Below, piece after piece: positions 63,601 through 64,000 of a stretch of DNA of 64,000 nucleotides. Under the pieces are notes generated by a model that was not told the origin of the DNA, made no database searches, and worked only from the letters and a program-made list of their open reading frames with translations. Both the position numbers and the translations under genes were made by a program. The stretch lies in assembly GCF_009914755.1 (NCBI RefSeq), contig NC_060937.1, one strand, 5' to 3'. Each line of letters starts with the position of its first letter. Within the stretch, counting starts at the first letter, position 1. This DNA comes from the human T2T-CHM13v2.0 reference genome, Homo sapiens.

Positions 63601-64000
63601 TATACTGTACATAAAATATCAAAGTACCGAAGGGATATATTCTATAATGTACAAAAAATATCAAAGTACCCAAAGCATGTATTATATACTGTACATAAAA
63701 TATGAAAGTACATGAAATATATATTTTATTCTGTACATAAAATATCAAAGTACACCAAATATATATTCTATAGTGTACATAAAATATCAAAGTACCCAGA
63801 CTATACATTATATACTGTACATAAAACATGAAATTACATCCAATATATATTATATTTGGTACATAAAATATGAAAGTACATCAAATATAAATTATATACT
63901 GTACATAAAATACCAAAGTACCCCAAATATATATTATATACTGTACATGAAATATCAAAGTTCACAAACTATATATTATATACTGTACATAAAATATCAA
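39621..64000 (+). repeat. Layer 3: homogenised 9-mer array with recurrent 251-bp 6-mer; super-units n x 378 + 251 bp (2,141 bp toward the 3' end)
   Basis: The junction gtacgcaaacatg..gaaattac recurs at about 42273, 44035, 45923, 46930, 48693, 51211, 53099, 54106, 55868, 58009, 61284, 63425. Repeated markers accgaaggg, cccagact, aaacatgaaattacatcc, ctgttaataaa, gattatacac. Confidence 0.9.
43160..57110 (+). repeat. Large near-tandem duplication, period 7,176/7,175 bp (about 43.2-49.9 kb copied at about 50.3-57.1 kb)
   Basis: Matching ORF pairs 44035/51211, 44761/51937, 45138/52314, 45923/53099, 46271/53447 (offset 7176), then 47656/54831, 48693/55868, 49041/56216 (offset 7175). Rare shared variants ataccaaagttcc, tgtatatgaa, ggtatacattc, accaaaggg. 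Confidence 0.88.

Larger units (their letters stand above)
1..64000 (+). repeat. HSat1A (Satellite 1A / SAR) tandem array, 42-bp monomer, single orientation, continuing past both window ends
   Basis: Continuous ~42-bp periodicity with consensus like tactgtacataaaatatcaaagtacccaaactatatattata. Two GTAC (RsaI) sites per monomer give alternating 17- and 25-bp pieces, the classical description of human Satellite 1. A 378-bp 9-mer periodicity is known for HSat1A. Species and chromosome cannot be fixed from the sequence alone. Confidence 0.95.

Noticed and set aside
64-63829. All ORFs in the six-frame track as protein-coding genes
   Set aside because: They are translations of a 42-bp satellite; starts and stops track monomer variants and 1-bp indels, with no unique domain or gene context.
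1-64000. CRISPR-like array (conserved tgtacataaaatat with variable intervening sequence)
   Set aside because: The variable parts are homologous to each other and cycle in fixed order; there are no unique spacers, leader or cas genes.
1-64000. Repeat-antigen gene of an AT-rich parasite or other microbial origin
   Set aside because: The monomer and the 17/25-bp GTAC structure match primate Satellite 1A, and frames are repeatedly broken by amplified indels.
1-64000. Alpha-satellite/CENP-B boxes, HSat1B, HSat2/3, Alu/L1 insertions or strand inversion
   Set aside because: No 171-bp period, CATTC repeats, GC-rich insert or reverse-complement monomers were seen anywhere.
1-64000. TATA-like boxes and short palindromes (TGTACA, ATATAT) as promoters or hairpins
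   Set aside because: They are expected in every monomer of an AT-rich satellite; there is no positional or functional evidence.

Overview
The whole 64 kb is one uninterrupted, single-orientation, very AT-rich tandem satellite: primate/human Satellite 1A (HSat1A, RepBase SAR). Its 42-bp monomer is a 17-bp GTACATAAAATATCAAA part plus a 25-bp GTACCCAAACTATATATTATATACT-like part. I see no genes, RNA genes, transposons or CRISPR; all supplied ORFs are by-products of a 14-codon monomer. I label the nine monomers of the canonical 378-bp 9-mer by their conceptual translation: A MKYQSSQTIYYILY, B IKYQSTQGIYSILY, C KKYQSTQSMYYILY, D IKYESTSNIYFILY, E IKYQSTPNIYSIVY, F IKYQSTQTIHYILY, G IKYEITSNIYYIRY, H IKYESTSNIDYILY, I IKYQSTPNIYYILY. 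The array then splits into three layers: (1) 1-~23.1 kb, a homogeneous 587-bp 14-mer HOR (A-F-G-H-I + A..H-I*, I* = 41 bp) containing a 4,779-bp tandem duplication; (2) ~23.1-39.6 kb, a more diverged 378-bp 9-mer layer; (3) ~39.6-64 kb, a homogenised layer of n x 378 + 251-bp super-units (1,007/1,763/2,141/3,275 bp) with a 7,176-bp-period duplication. I found no new protein-coding system; what is of interest is the higher-order architecture and its recombination history. Spacings come from ORF-track coordinates and reading by eye, not computed alignments.
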